Below, in pieces: positions 1 to 8,369 of a stretch of DNA of 64,000 nucleotides. The notes below the pieces were generated by a model. The model was not told the origin of the DNA and did not search any database. It saw only the letters and a list, made by a program, of their open reading frames with translations. Both the position numbers and the translations under genes were made by a program. Position 1 is the first letter of the stretch, and every line of letters starts with the position of its first letter. This stretch comes from Acidimicrobiales bacterium (GTDB taxonomy: Bacteria; Actinomycetota; Acidimicrobiia; Acidimicrobiales; Bin134): the NCBI GenBank assembly GCA_965115985.1, contig OZ220474.1, positions 3,172,504 to 3,236,503 of the forward strand, written 5' to 3'.

Positions 1-1
1 C

Positions 2-490
2 GATCGCCACCGGTTGCGGATCCGGTATTTCAGCTATGGCCGGGACCAGGAATCCGATCGCGTCATCCACCCGTTCCGGGTGTTCTCGGAGATGGGCAAC
101 TGGTACGTGCAAGGACATTGCCGACTGGCCGGAGGAACCCGGGTGTTCCGGCTCGACCGGATCAAGTCGCTGGATGTTCTGGACGAACGCTTCGACCCTC
201 CCGAGGACATGAGCACGCCCTCGGTCTTCGAGGCCCGCGACACCGATCCCCGGGTGGTTCTTAGGCTGGCCCCCGAGGCTTCGTGGGTTGTCGAGCAGTA
301 CCCGCTCGACCAGCAGATGCACCTGGACGGTGGGGGGATCGAGGTCACCCTACCGGTGAGCCGAGTCGGCCGGTTGGAACGGCTGCTCCTCCAGCTCGGC
401 CCCCAGGTGGAACTGAGACACGCCGACCCGCCGGTGGCCGCCGACCAGGCTCGGCTGGCCGCCCGACGGGTTCTGACCCGGTACCGGTAG
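2..490 (+). CDS. WYL-domain transcriptional regulator, C-terminal part (PafB/PafC-like); 5' end outside window
   Basis: Frame is open from the window edge. RIRYFSYGRDQESDRVIHPFRVFSEMGNWYVQGHCRLAGGTRVFRLDRI looks like a WYL domain. TAG stop at 488-490. Confidence 0.7.
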   Translation, partial: DRHRLRIRYFSYGRDQESDRVIHPFRVFSEMGNWYVQGHCRLAGGTRVFRLDRIKSLDVLDERFDPPEDMSTPSVFEARDTDPRVVLRLAPEASWVVEQYPLDQQMHLDGGGIEVTLPVSRVGRLERLLLQLGPQVELRHADPPVAADQARLAARRVLTRYR

Positions 491-588
491 GGGTGGGCCC
501 GAACATGGACAACGAGTCGAAGTCCCGACCCCGGGGGGTAGGGGTGGGCCCGAACATGGACAACGAGTCGAAGTCCCGACCCCGGGCG
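487..588. repeat. 2 x 51-bp tandem duplication at the WYL-gene/lepB junction
   Basis: Copies at 487-537 and 538-588 are nearly identical. Copy 1 holds the TAG stop of the upstream gene. The lepB ATG at 589 abuts copy 2. In-frame ATGs at 505 and 556 lie inside the copies. Confidence 0.95.
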
Positions 589-1212
589 ATGGCCGGGACG
601 GTAGGGGTTTCGGGATACCCGGAAGAGGCGGGGGCCGACCCGGAGATCCAGTCGAAGAAGTCGGCGCTGCGGAGCGTTCTGGAGTGGGTGGTGGTGCTGG
701 GCGGGGCCCTGGTGCTGGCGCTGATTCTGCGGACGGTGCTCTTTCAGGCCTACTACATCCGCTTCACTTCGATGGAACCCACCCTGAGCAACGGTGATCG
801 GGTTTTGGTCAACAAGCTGAGCTACGACCTCCACGACGTCAACCGCGGCGATCTGGTGGTGTTCGAGCGGCCCGGAGGAGTCGGCGGCCCCCAGAACGAC
901 GACCTCATCAAACGGGTCATCGCCCTCCCCGGCGAGGTCATCACCTTCGTTGAGGGGGACGTGTACATCGACGATCAGCGGCTTTACGAGCCCTATTTGG
1001 AGTCGTCGGGCATCACCACCGGTGGAACACCGTCCGGCTGCGCGGCGATCAGGAACGGCGGTTGCCTGGTCGGGGCCGGGGACGTATTCGTGATGGGCGA
1101 CAACCGGACCAATTCCACCGACAGCCGGGCGTTCGGCCCCGTCCCCAAACACCTGATCGTGGGCCATGCCTTCCTGCGCATCTGGCCGGTGACCGAATTC
1201 GGCCGCCTCTGA
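589..1212 (+). CDS. lepB: Signal peptidase I
   Basis: SMEPTL Ser box, GDLVVF, KRVIALPGE Lys box, GDNRTNSTDSR and an N-terminal TM helix. The start is ambiguous (589, 556 or 505) because of the junction repeat. Confidence 0.85.
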   Translation: MAGTVGVSGYPEEAGADPEIQSKKSALRSVLEWVVVLGGALVLALILRTVLFQAYYIRFTSMEPTLSNGDRVLVNKLSYDLHDVNRGDLVVFERPGGVGGPQNDDLIKRVIALPGEVITFVEGDVYIDDQRLYEPYLESSGITTGGTPSGCAAIRNGGCLVGAGDVFVMGDNRTNSTDSRAFGPVPKHLIVGHAFLRIWPVTEFGRL

Positions 1213-1286
1213 GGAGCGATCCGTCCAGCCACGACGGAAAGAAACCCGTCCGGCCGAGGGGCGGCCCGGCCAATTACTTAATCTGA

Positions 1287-2213
1287 CTAATTGTGGTGGT
1301 GATCGTGGCCGTGGCCGTGATCGTCGAAGACGTGGATGACCCCATCGGAATGATCGGAGTGCTCGCCGTGGAACAGGCAGTCCTCGGCATCGCCGTGGGC
1401 CATCCTCAGACCGAAGGCCTCCTGCATGTTCTTGTTGCTCAGCACTTCGGAGGGCTTGCCCGCGGCCACCAGGCGGTTGGCCAGCAGCAGGACTTGATCG
1501 CACAGCTCGGCCTCGTCCATGTGGTGGGTGGAGATCACCACCATGCGCCCCCGGCGGCGTTCCTCGTCGATGATGCTCAGGATCGTTTCCTGGCTGGGCA
1601 TGTCCAGCCCGGTGATGGGCTCGTCCATCAGCAGTATCCGGGTGTCCCGGGCCAGAGCCTGAGCCACCAGCACCCGTTGGCGCTGGCCGCCGGACAGCTC
1701 CCCGAATTGACGGTCCTCCAGGTCGGCCACCTCCAAACGCTCGGCCGCCTCCTTGATGGACTCCCGATCCTCTCCCCTCAGCCGTTTCACCAGGCCCCGG
1801 TGGCTGTAGCGGGACATGCGCAACACGTTGGCCACGGTCACCGGCATCCACGTCCGGTTGCCGTGGTACTGGGCCACCAGTGCCACCGAATTCCTTGCCG
1901 GCATCGGGCTGATCGTGCCCGCGGACGGCCGGGTCAAACCGCTCAGCAGCCGGAGCAGGGTGGTCTTGCCCGAGCCGTTGGATCCGATGAGCGCCGTGCA
2001 GGTGCCGTACTCCAAGCAACAGTCCAAACCGGACAGGACAATGTCCCCGGTTCCGTACTTGGCCTCCACGTTCTTGAAAACGATCGTGTCCGAACCATCG
2101 ACTCCACTGCCACTCTCGACTCCGGTGGAGCCACCGCTCGTCCTGGTGGAGCTGCCACTTTCTGCCCCGGTCGAGCTGCTGCTCGTCTCGACTCCGGTGG
2201 AGCTACTGCTCAT
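1287..2213 (-). CDS. ABC transporter ATP-binding protein (metal-uptake type) with His-rich C-terminal tail
   Basis: Walker A GSNGSGKTT, signature LSGGQRQR, Walker B ILLMDEP. Tail is HVFDDHGHGHDHHHN. N-terminus is Ser/Thr/Gly-rich. Confidence 0.8.
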   Translation of the reverse strand: MSSSSTGVETSSSSTGAESGSSTRTSGGSTGVESGSGVDGSDTIVFKNVEAKYGTGDIVLSGLDCCLEYGTCTALIGSNGSGKTTLLRLLSGLTRPSAGTISPMPARNSVALVAQYHGNRTWMPVTVANVLRMSRYSHRGLVKRLRGEDRESIKEAAERLEVADLEDRQFGELSGGQRQRVLVAQALARDTRILLMDEPITGLDMPSQETILSIIDEERRRGRMVVISTHHMDEAELCDQVLLLANRLVAAGKPSEVLSNKNMQEAFGLRMAHGDAEDCLFHGEHSDHSDGVIHVFDDHGHGHDHHHN

Positions 2214-2955
2214 CGGTTAGAGGGTAGCAGTCCCGAAGGGCGTCCCTCATGCGATCCACATGGTCGCTGTAGACCGCGTCGATCCCCATGTCCAAAAGCT
2301 CCTTGAGCACTCGGGGCTGCTGGGCGTCCCAGCCGAAGCACAAAACCCCGAACCGATGGAACAGGGTGATCAGGCCCCCGGTCCAGTCGCTCTGGTGCAG
2401 GTTCACCGCGTCGATCCCGGCCTCGGCCAGCACGGCGGCCCGCCGCTCCGGCCCACCGGTCATGCGGTTCAGCCGAGTGGAGTTGCACAGGCGCACATCG
2501 GACCAGCGATCCCGCCAAGCCACCAGGGCGTCCACGTCCGGGTGGCACAGCCACAGCTTCCGCCGGAGTCGAAGACCGGTACGACGGGCGGCAGCATCCA
2601 CGCCGGCCATCACCGCGACCACGGCCTCGGGATCCTTGAGGTCGAGCGAGAGCTCGAAGTTCGCGCCGCAGGTGTCGAACAGTTCGTCCAACGTGGGGAT
2701 GTGGTCGGGCAGCTCGTCGCGGCGACAGTCGGAGATGGCCCGCCGTCGCCTCAACCGGCCCGAGCGCACCGACCCGTCGTGGTCCAGCACCACCTGCCCG
2801 TCGGCGGTGATCCACGCGTCGCTCTCCAGGCCCGTGGCTCCCATGGCCAACGCCAGGGAGAAGGCCTCCAGCGTGTTCTCCCGTTCCTGGGCTCGGGCTC
2901 CCCGGTGGGCGAACCCGGTCGGGGGTACTTGCAGGGGGGAGATCCTGGGGGGCAT
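2203..2955 (-). CDS. Glycerophosphodiester phosphodiesterase family protein
   Basis: FAHRGA..ENTLEAF..ESDAW..LDHD pattern typical of the GDPD (GlpQ/UgpQ) family. The 3' end overlaps the ABC gene start by 11 bp. Confidence 0.75.
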   Translation of the reverse strand: MPPRISPLQVPPTGFAHRGARAQERENTLEAFSLALAMGATGLESDAWITADGQVVLDHDGSVRSGRLRRRRAISDCRRDELPDHIPTLDELFDTCGANFELSLDLKDPEAVVAVMAGVDAAARRTGLRLRRKLWLCHPDVDALVAWRDRWSDVRLCNSTRLNRMTGGPERRAAVLAEAGIDAVNLHQSDWTGGLITLFHRFGVLCFGWDAQQPRVLKELLDMGIDAVYSDHVDRMRDALRDCYPLTDEQ

Positions 2956-2974
2956 TCGCGGCAGCTCCGGCTAT

Positions 2975-3106
2975 CTCGTCGAGCAGAATCATTGAGCAAA
3001 GCTAGCGGCGGCTGCTCGGTTGGGTGGGTGACACGGTGATGGCAGTCTCCTCGAACATGGCCATTGAGTGAGATCATCGAACAGAACTATCGAACAAAGC
3101 TAGCGG
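2975..3106. promoter_or_regulatory. Two diverged ~34-bp direct repeats sharing the core CAAAGCTAGCGG in the divergent GDPD/tatB promoter region
   Basis: CAAAGCTAGCGG occurs at 2997-3008 and 3095-3106 (period 98) and contains the palindrome GCTAGC. The flanks are partly similar (cgagcagaatcattgag vs cgaacagaactatcgaa). Confidence 0.4.
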
Positions 3107-3118
3107 TAACCTTCGGAT

Positions 3119-3526
3119 GTGGGGAACCTCGGATGGGCGGAGATCGCGGTGATCGCGGTGCTGGCCCTGGTGGTGCTGGGGCCGGACAAGTTGCCCGGAG
3201 CAGCCCGACAGATAGGGCAGGCCGTCCGACTGATGCGCAAGATCAGCACCGGTTTCCAGCAGGAGCTGCAAAACGCCCTGGACGAACCGGTGGAGGCCGA
3301 GGCTCGCCGTCGGGGAGAACTGGCGGTGAAGCAGGAGCAGGAAGAGGCCAAGCCGAAGCCTGAAGAGGCCGAGCGGGAACAGGAAGAGGGCGAGCAAGAG
3401 CAGGCCAAGCCGGAGCCTGAAGAGGCCGAGCGGGAACAGGCCAAGCCGGAGCCTGAAGAGGCCGAGCAGGAACAGGAAGAGGGCGAGAGGGAAGATCAAG
3501 GGGGCGAGCGGGCCCCTGAACGGTGA
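3119..3526 (+). CDS. tatB: Twin-arginine translocase TatA/TatB family protein (TatB-like) with acidic repeat tail
   Basis: The N-terminus MGNLGWAEIAVIAVLALVVLGPDKLPGAARQIGQAVRLMRK resembles the TatB TM plus amphipathic helix. GTG start. The tail has repeated AKPEPEEAEREQ units. The gene lies directly upstream of tatC. Confidence 0.7.
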   Translation: MGNLGWAEIAVIAVLALVVLGPDKLPGAARQIGQAVRLMRKISTGFQQELQNALDEPVEAEARRRGELAVKQEQEEAKPKPEEAEREQEEGEQEQAKPEPEEAEREQAKPEPEEAEQEQEEGEREDQGGERAPER

Positions 3527-4437
3527 GCGACACCAGTACGGGCCGATCCCGTTCCGGCGATGGGGATGGGGGCCGTTCCCGTTCCGGCGACGAGGGCCGA
3601 TCCCGATCCCGATCCTCCAACGGGACCATGCCCCTCATGGAGCATCTGGCCGAGCTGCGGGTGCGGATCATCAAATGCGTTCTGGCCGTGGTGGCCGGGG
3701 CCATCGTGTGCTGGGTGTTCTATCCCCAGATCCTGGATCGATTGGTCCAGCCGTACTGCGACGTGGTGCCCGAGGAGGCGGTCACCGAGGAAGCCGCCCG
3801 TCAGAACCTTTTCGGGGGATGCGAGCTGTTGGTGCTGGATCCCCTGGAACCCTTCTCGGTGCGGCTGACCGTGGCCGGGTACGGGGGGTTGACCCTGGCC
3901 GTGCCGGTGGTTCTGTGGCAGATATGGAGGTTCGTGCAACCCGGCCTCCATCGCCGGGAACGACGCTACGCCGCCGCGTTCACCACGGTCGGGGCCCTGC
4001 TCTTCGCCCTGGGAGCCGGACTGGCCTACTGGAGCATCCCCCGAGCGCTGAACTTTCTGGCCTCCATCGGGGGCGAGGATCTGGTGACCGGCTTCTCGCC
4101 GGCCAAGTACCTGTCGTTCGTGATCAAGATGATGGCCGCGTTCGGCATCGGCTTCGAGTTCCCCATCCTGCTGGTGTTCCTTCAGATCGCCGGGATCATC
4201 CACTACCGCCAACTCGTCCGGGGCCGGCGCTTCGCCATCGTCGGCATCGTGGCCCTGGTGGCGGTTATCACCCCCAGCGGGGATCCGTTCACGCTGATGG
4301 TGCTGTCGGTACCCATGTATCTGTTCTACGAGGCGGCCATCGGCTTCGGATGGCTGCGGGCCCGAAGACAACGCCGCCGAGCCGGTGGGGACCAGGCCCC
4401 GAAGAAGGCCGGCACCGGTACGACTCCGGCTTCCTAG
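3523..4437 (+). CDS. tatC: Twin-arginine translocase subunit TatC
   Basis: MPLMEHLAELRVRIIK is TatC-like and is followed by multiple TM segments. GTG 3523 overlaps the tatB stop (GTGA). ATG 3628 is an alternative start. In-frame GRSRSGD-type repeats (30/24 bp) occupy 3541-3612. Confidence 0.85.
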   Translation: MSDTSTGRSRSGDGDGGRSRSGDEGRSRSRSSNGTMPLMEHLAELRVRIIKCVLAVVAGAIVCWVFYPQILDRLVQPYCDVVPEEAVTEEAARQNLFGGCELLVLDPLEPFSVRLTVAGYGGLTLAVPVVLWQIWRFVQPGLHRRERRYAAAFTTVGALLFALGAGLAYWSIPRALNFLASIGGEDLVTGFSPAKYLSFVIKMMAAFGIGFEFPILLVFLQIAGIIHYRQLVRGRRFAIVGIVALVAVITPSGDPFTLMVLSVPMYLFYEAAIGFGWLRARRQRRRAGGDQAPKKAGTGTTPAS

Positions 4438-4477
4438 ACTGGTCCACCCATGAGGCAACCGACCCCGGAGAAGGCCG

Positions 4478-5089
4478 ATGCCGATTCGACGGGGTGAGGA
4501 TTGGGGTGAGCCCGGAGGTCTGGGACCCGATGGCGTGTTGGTGGGCAGCGATTCCGAGGCCCGAGCCCTTGTCGAGGAGGCCCGGCGGGACAACCGGCCG
4601 GTGCCCGAACTGGGTCTGCTGGGAGGCGATCTGTGCCGCACGTTGGGGGGTCGGGGCAACCCCGATGCCCTACGGTCGCCCGAGGCCTGGAGATTCGCGG
4701 TGGACGTCGGTGCCGTTCTACTGGACGGCAGGCTGTTCTGGTTCTGTGCCCACCTGGTCGCCCGGCGAAGAGGTTGGGGCGGGGAGGTGCTGGTGGCCAT
4801 GAACGCGGCGTGGCGGGGAAGCTGGAATCTGGGGCCTCGGGCTCACCCCGGTGACGGAGTGCTGGACGTCTATCACGGCCGCCTCTCGATCGGGGACCGG
4901 CTGCGAGCCCGACAACGGCTGGGCACCGGGGATCATCTGCCCCATCCCGGTATCCGCCACCATCGCGTCGGTGCCTTCCAAGCAGAGCTGGAGAAGCCGT
5001 TGATGGTGGAGTTGGACGGACGGCCGGTTCGGCGAACCTCGAACCTGTCGATCCGGGTGGAGCCGGCCGCGTTGGTCGTGGTGGTCTGA
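4478..5089 (+). CDS. Hypothetical protein
   Basis: ORF with GC3-rich codon usage consistent with coding. There is only a weak resemblance (AHPGDGVLDV) to lipid-kinase accessory domains. The function is not supported. Confidence 0.4.
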   Translation: MPIRRGEDWGEPGGLGPDGVLVGSDSEARALVEEARRDNRPVPELGLLGGDLCRTLGGRGNPDALRSPEAWRFAVDVGAVLLDGRLFWFCAHLVARRRGWGGEVLVAMNAAWRGSWNLGPRAHPGDGVLDVYHGRLSIGDRLRARQRLGTGDHLPHPGIRHHRVGAFQAELEKPLMVELDGRPVRRTSNLSIRVEPAALVVVV

Positions 5090-5219
5090 AGAGCAGGCCG
5101 TGCTCATCGTGGTGGTCTGAGGAGCTGGCCGCGTTGGTCGTGGTGGTCTGAGGAAGCGGCCGCGTTGGTCGTGGTGGTCTGAGGACGCGGCCGCGCTCAC
5201 CGTGGTGGTGAGAATCAGT
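5065..5219. repeat. 5 x 31-bp tandem repeat spanning the stop of CDS 4478-5089 and the GTG of the next CDS
   Basis: Copies start at 5065, 5096, 5127, 5158 and 5189. Each carries GTGGTGGTCTGA-like ends. The first TGA (5087-5089) terminates the upstream gene. GTG 5218 is at the end of copy 5. Confidence 0.95.
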
Positions 5220-6462
5220 GGTCCGAGCCACTGGATCGGGGCCTAAACCCACATGGGCCAGCCATGCGACAACTAGCATTCGCCCCGTGACCCCCGATGT
5301 GGCCAAGCAACGGATAGCCGCGGAGGTGGATGCCCGGGCCCCGGACCTGATCGAGGTCTCCCACCGAATCCACGAGACCCCCGAACTGTGCTTCGAGGAG
5401 CACACCGCCCACGATTTGTTGTGCTCCGCCCTGGAGGAGGCCGGGCTGGAGGTGCAACGTTCGGCCTTCGGCCTGGAGACCGCGTTCGTGGGGCGCGCCG
5501 GCCGGGGCGGCCCCCATGTGGCGGTGATCTGCGAGTACGACGCGCTGCCGGAGATCGGCCATGCGTGCGGCCACAACGTGATCGCGGCCGCGGGGTTGGG
5601 GGCCGGATTGGCGGCGGCTTCGCTGGCCGACGAACTCGGGGGCCGGGTCAGCGTCATCGGAACCCCGGCCGAGGAGGGTGGGGGAGGCAAGTGCCACATG
5701 CTCGAGCGGGACGCCTTCGCCGGGGTGGACGCGGCCATGATGATCCATCCGGCTAACCACGAACTCACCCGTATGAACGCCATCGCGGTGGAGCAGATAG
5801 AAGCCACCTACACCGGTCGGTCGGCTCATGCCGCCGCCTCTCCCCACCAGGGCCGCAACGCCCTCGACGGCGCGGTCCTCGGATACATGAACGTGGCCGC
5901 GCTCCGCCAGCACATACGACCCGACGAGCGAATCCACGGCATCTTCACCCGCTCGGGGGACAAACCCAACATCGTCCCCCACGACGCGGCCGCGCAATGG
6001 TACGTCCGTTCCCCCAAACTCGACGGCCTGGACGACCTGCGGGAACGGGTGGTGGCCTGCCTCGAGGCCGGGGCCGCCGCGGCCGGGGTCGACGTCGATT
6101 GCCGGCGCATGGCTCCCGTCTACGCCGACATGCTCGACAACCGGGTGATGCTGGGCCTCTACATGGACAACGCCGCGGCAATCGGTCGGATCGTGGACGA
6201 GCCCCGGCGGGCCGCGGTGGTGGGCAGTACCGACATGGGCAACGTCAGCTACGCGGTGCCCTCGATCCACCCCATGATCAAGGTCGCCCCCGAGCATGTG
6301 GCCATCCACTCCCCGGAGTTCGCCGACCATGCACGATCCAGCCGCGGTGATCGGGCGGTGGTGGACGGAGCGAAGCTCATGGCCATGACGGTGATCGATC
6401 TGTGGCTTCACCCCGACTCCCTGGACCGGGCCGCCGACGAGCTGGCCCGGGCCCGGAGCTGA
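5218..6462 (+). CDS. M20-family amidohydrolase/peptidase (AbgB/hippuricase-like)
   Basis: CGHNVIAAAGLGAG and GTPAEEGGGGK motifs. The exact start is uncertain (GTG 5218 or a downstream GTG). Confidence 0.8.
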   Translation: MVRATGSGPKPTWASHATTSIRPVTPDVAKQRIAAEVDARAPDLIEVSHRIHETPELCFEEHTAHDLLCSALEEAGLEVQRSAFGLETAFVGRAGRGGPHVAVICEYDALPEIGHACGHNVIAAAGLGAGLAAASLADELGGRVSVIGTPAEEGGGGKCHMLERDAFAGVDAAMMIHPANHELTRMNAIAVEQIEATYTGRSAHAAASPHQGRNALDGAVLGYMNVAALRQHIRPDERIHGIFTRSGDKPNIVPHDAAAQWYVRSPKLDGLDDLRERVVACLEAGAAAAGVDVDCRRMAPVYADMLDNRVMLGLYMDNAAAIGRIVDEPRRAAVVGSTDMGNVSYAVPSIHPMIKVAPEHVAIHSPEFADHARSSRGDRAVVDGAKLMAMTVIDLWLHPDSLDRAADELARARS

Positions 6463-6517
6463 GCACCGGAGCCGAGAAATTGCTGCCCACCGGTGAGCCG
6501 ACGTCGACCGCGATCTC

Positions 6518-6625
6518 GGGCGGCGATTTCCGATGAGCCAGTACGCATCGAGGGCGGAACGGATGGTTGGTGACAGGCCCACATCGATAGCGACCGTGGG
6601 CGGCGATTTCCGATGAGCCAGTACG
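6518..6625. repeat. Duplicated 28-bp start region (period 80 bp) upstream of the ThyX-like gene
   Basis: gggcggcgatttccgatgagccagtacg occurs at 6518-6545 and 6598-6625. The first copy opens a 27-codon ORF (6533-6616) that stops in ATGA on the real start at 6613. Confidence 0.9.
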
Positions 6626-8229
6626 TCGCCGAGCAGTTCACCACCGAGGAGGAGGACGTACTACGGCGGTACTTCACCAACCTGGATCAGCCGGTCTTCG
6701 CCCTGGTGAACCTGCCGGAGGTGGTCAAGGGGGCCCTCTTCGCCCGCTACAGCCGCTCGCCCAAATCGCTGCGCAGGCTGTTTCTGGACGAGTTCGTCGG
6801 GGAGTTGGACATAAGCGGCGACCAGACCATCGACGCCACCGTGGGCCTGAGGAGAGCCGAGGAGCTCTACGACCGGGTGTTCTTCGAGTACGGGGACGAC
6901 TCGGTGGCCCAACTGGGCGGGGTCCACCTGGCCTGCGAGCAGGCCTCCAACATCTTGACCAAGGTGCTGGAGTGGGGTCGGCTCATGTCGTATCTGGAGC
7001 AGTCCACCCGCTACATCGACTACCTGACCCGGATCGGGGGCCGCTATCGCTACTACCGCGATCCCCAGGTGGGCGAGTCGCCCCTGTCGGGACGCTACGT
7101 GAGCGACATGGACCGGATGTTCGAGGCCTACGGCCTGCTCCTGCCGACCATGACCGAGTTCTACCGCGACAACACCCCCAAGGACTCCGGGTCCTCCGAC
7201 TTCGCCTACCACCGGGCCGTCCGGGCCAAGGCGCTGGATACCGTCCGGGGGGTGCTTCCGGCGGCGACGGTGTCGAACGTGGGCATCTACGGCACCGGCC
7301 AGTCCTACGAGCTGCTGCTTCTGCGCATGCGGTCCCACGGGCTGCCGGAGGTCCGGGCGTACGCCGATCTGATGCTGACCGAGCTCCGCAAGGTGATCCC
7401 CTCCTTTTTGAAGCGGGTGGACCTGGACGACCGGGGAGTGGCCTGGAGCCACTATCTGGGCGACGTCCGGGAAACCATGGAGCTGGTGGCCGACCACCTG
7501 CTGCTCCCCGACCTGCCGGTCGATGACGCCCCGACGGTTCGCCTGGTGGACTTCGACCCGGAGGCCGAGGTCAAGATGGTGGCCTCCATGCTCTATCCCT
7601 ACACCCATTTGCCCGAGGAGCAGTTGGAGCGCGAGGTAAGGGCCATGGGCTCCGAGGACCGGCTGTCGGTGGTACGAGCCTATGTCGGGTCCCGGACCAA
7701 CCGCCGCCACAAGCCGGGTCGGGCCCTGGAGCGGCCCTTCTACCGGTTCGACGTTTTGGCCGACTACGGGGCCTTCCGGGATCTCCAGCGCCATCGCATG
7801 CTCACGCTGGAGTGGCAGAGGCTCACCCCCGGCCATGGGTTCACCCGGCCCGAGGCGGTGGACGCCGCGGGCTGCGGCCCGGTGTTCGACGAGGTCATGG
7901 AGCGGTCGGAGACCCTGTACCACCTGTTGAACCGGGACTTTTCCGAACAGGCCGCCTACGCGGTGTGCCTGGCCTACAAGGTGCGGTTCTCCATGAGCCT
8001 GAACGCCCGATCGGCCATGCATCTCATAGAACTGCGCACCACCCCCCAGGGTCACTCCGCCTACCGCAGGATCGGACAGGAGATGTGGAGGCTCATCCGG
8101 GACGAGGCCGGTCACCCGGCCATCGCGGAGATGATGAAGTTCGTCGATCTCAGCGAGGAGCCTCCCCTGGGCCGGCTGGACACCGAAAACCGCATCGAAC
8201 AAAAACGCCGAGCCGGCCGACCGGCGTGA
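6613..8229 (+). CDS. ThyX-like (thymidylate synthase complementing protein family) large two-domain protein
   Basis: ARYSRS near the N-terminus and a later LQRHRMLT recall ThyX RHR/S motifs. At 538 aa it is about twice a canonical ThyX. This is a family-level call only. Confidence 0.5.
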   Translation: MSQYVAEQFTTEEEDVLRRYFTNLDQPVFALVNLPEVVKGALFARYSRSPKSLRRLFLDEFVGELDISGDQTIDATVGLRRAEELYDRVFFEYGDDSVAQLGGVHLACEQASNILTKVLEWGRLMSYLEQSTRYIDYLTRIGGRYRYYRDPQVGESPLSGRYVSDMDRMFEAYGLLLPTMTEFYRDNTPKDSGSSDFAYHRAVRAKALDTVRGVLPAATVSNVGIYGTGQSYELLLLRMRSHGLPEVRAYADLMLTELRKVIPSFLKRVDLDDRGVAWSHYLGDVRETMELVADHLLLPDLPVDDAPTVRLVDFDPEAEVKMVASMLYPYTHLPEEQLEREVRAMGSEDRLSVVRAYVGSRTNRRHKPGRALERPFYRFDVLADYGAFRDLQRHRMLTLEWQRLTPGHGFTRPEAVDAAGCGPVFDEVMERSETLYHLLNRDFSEQAAYAVCLAYKVRFSMSLNARSAMHLIELRTTPQGHSAYRRIGQEMWRLIRDEAGHPAIAEMMKFVDLSEEPPLGRLDTENRIEQKRRAGRPA

Positions 8230-8296
8230 GTTCTCGAGGGCGTTGATCCATGCCGAGCCGGCCGACCGGCGTGAGTTCTTGAGGGCATTGATTTAT
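8207..8296. repeat. 2 x 45-bp tandem duplication at the 3' end of the ThyX-like gene
   Basis: Copies at 8207-8251 and 8252-8296. The TGA stop (8227-8229) is in copy 1 and is repeated at 8272-8274. Confidence 0.95.
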
Positions 8297-8369
8297 TGGA
8301 GCACACATTTCACCCCCGAGGTGTCTATGATCCGCGCGGGTCGAAACATTGAGGAGGGCCCAGGGGAAA

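Noticed and set aside
34-2019. 661-aa minus-strand ORF overlapping the WYL, lepB and ABC genes. Similar long ORFs occur at 3496-4800, 4434-5807, 5215-6582, 6661-8202, 8150-10051, 12528-13862, 14176-16005 (upstream part), 15258-16757, 36968-38311, 38549-40120, 40154-41590, 42493-43815 and 44657-46393.
   Set aside because: These are Arg/Pro/Gly-rich translations with no recognisable motifs. They lie antisense to, or out of frame with, genes that have clear family signatures. Long spurious ORFs are expected in high-GC DNA.
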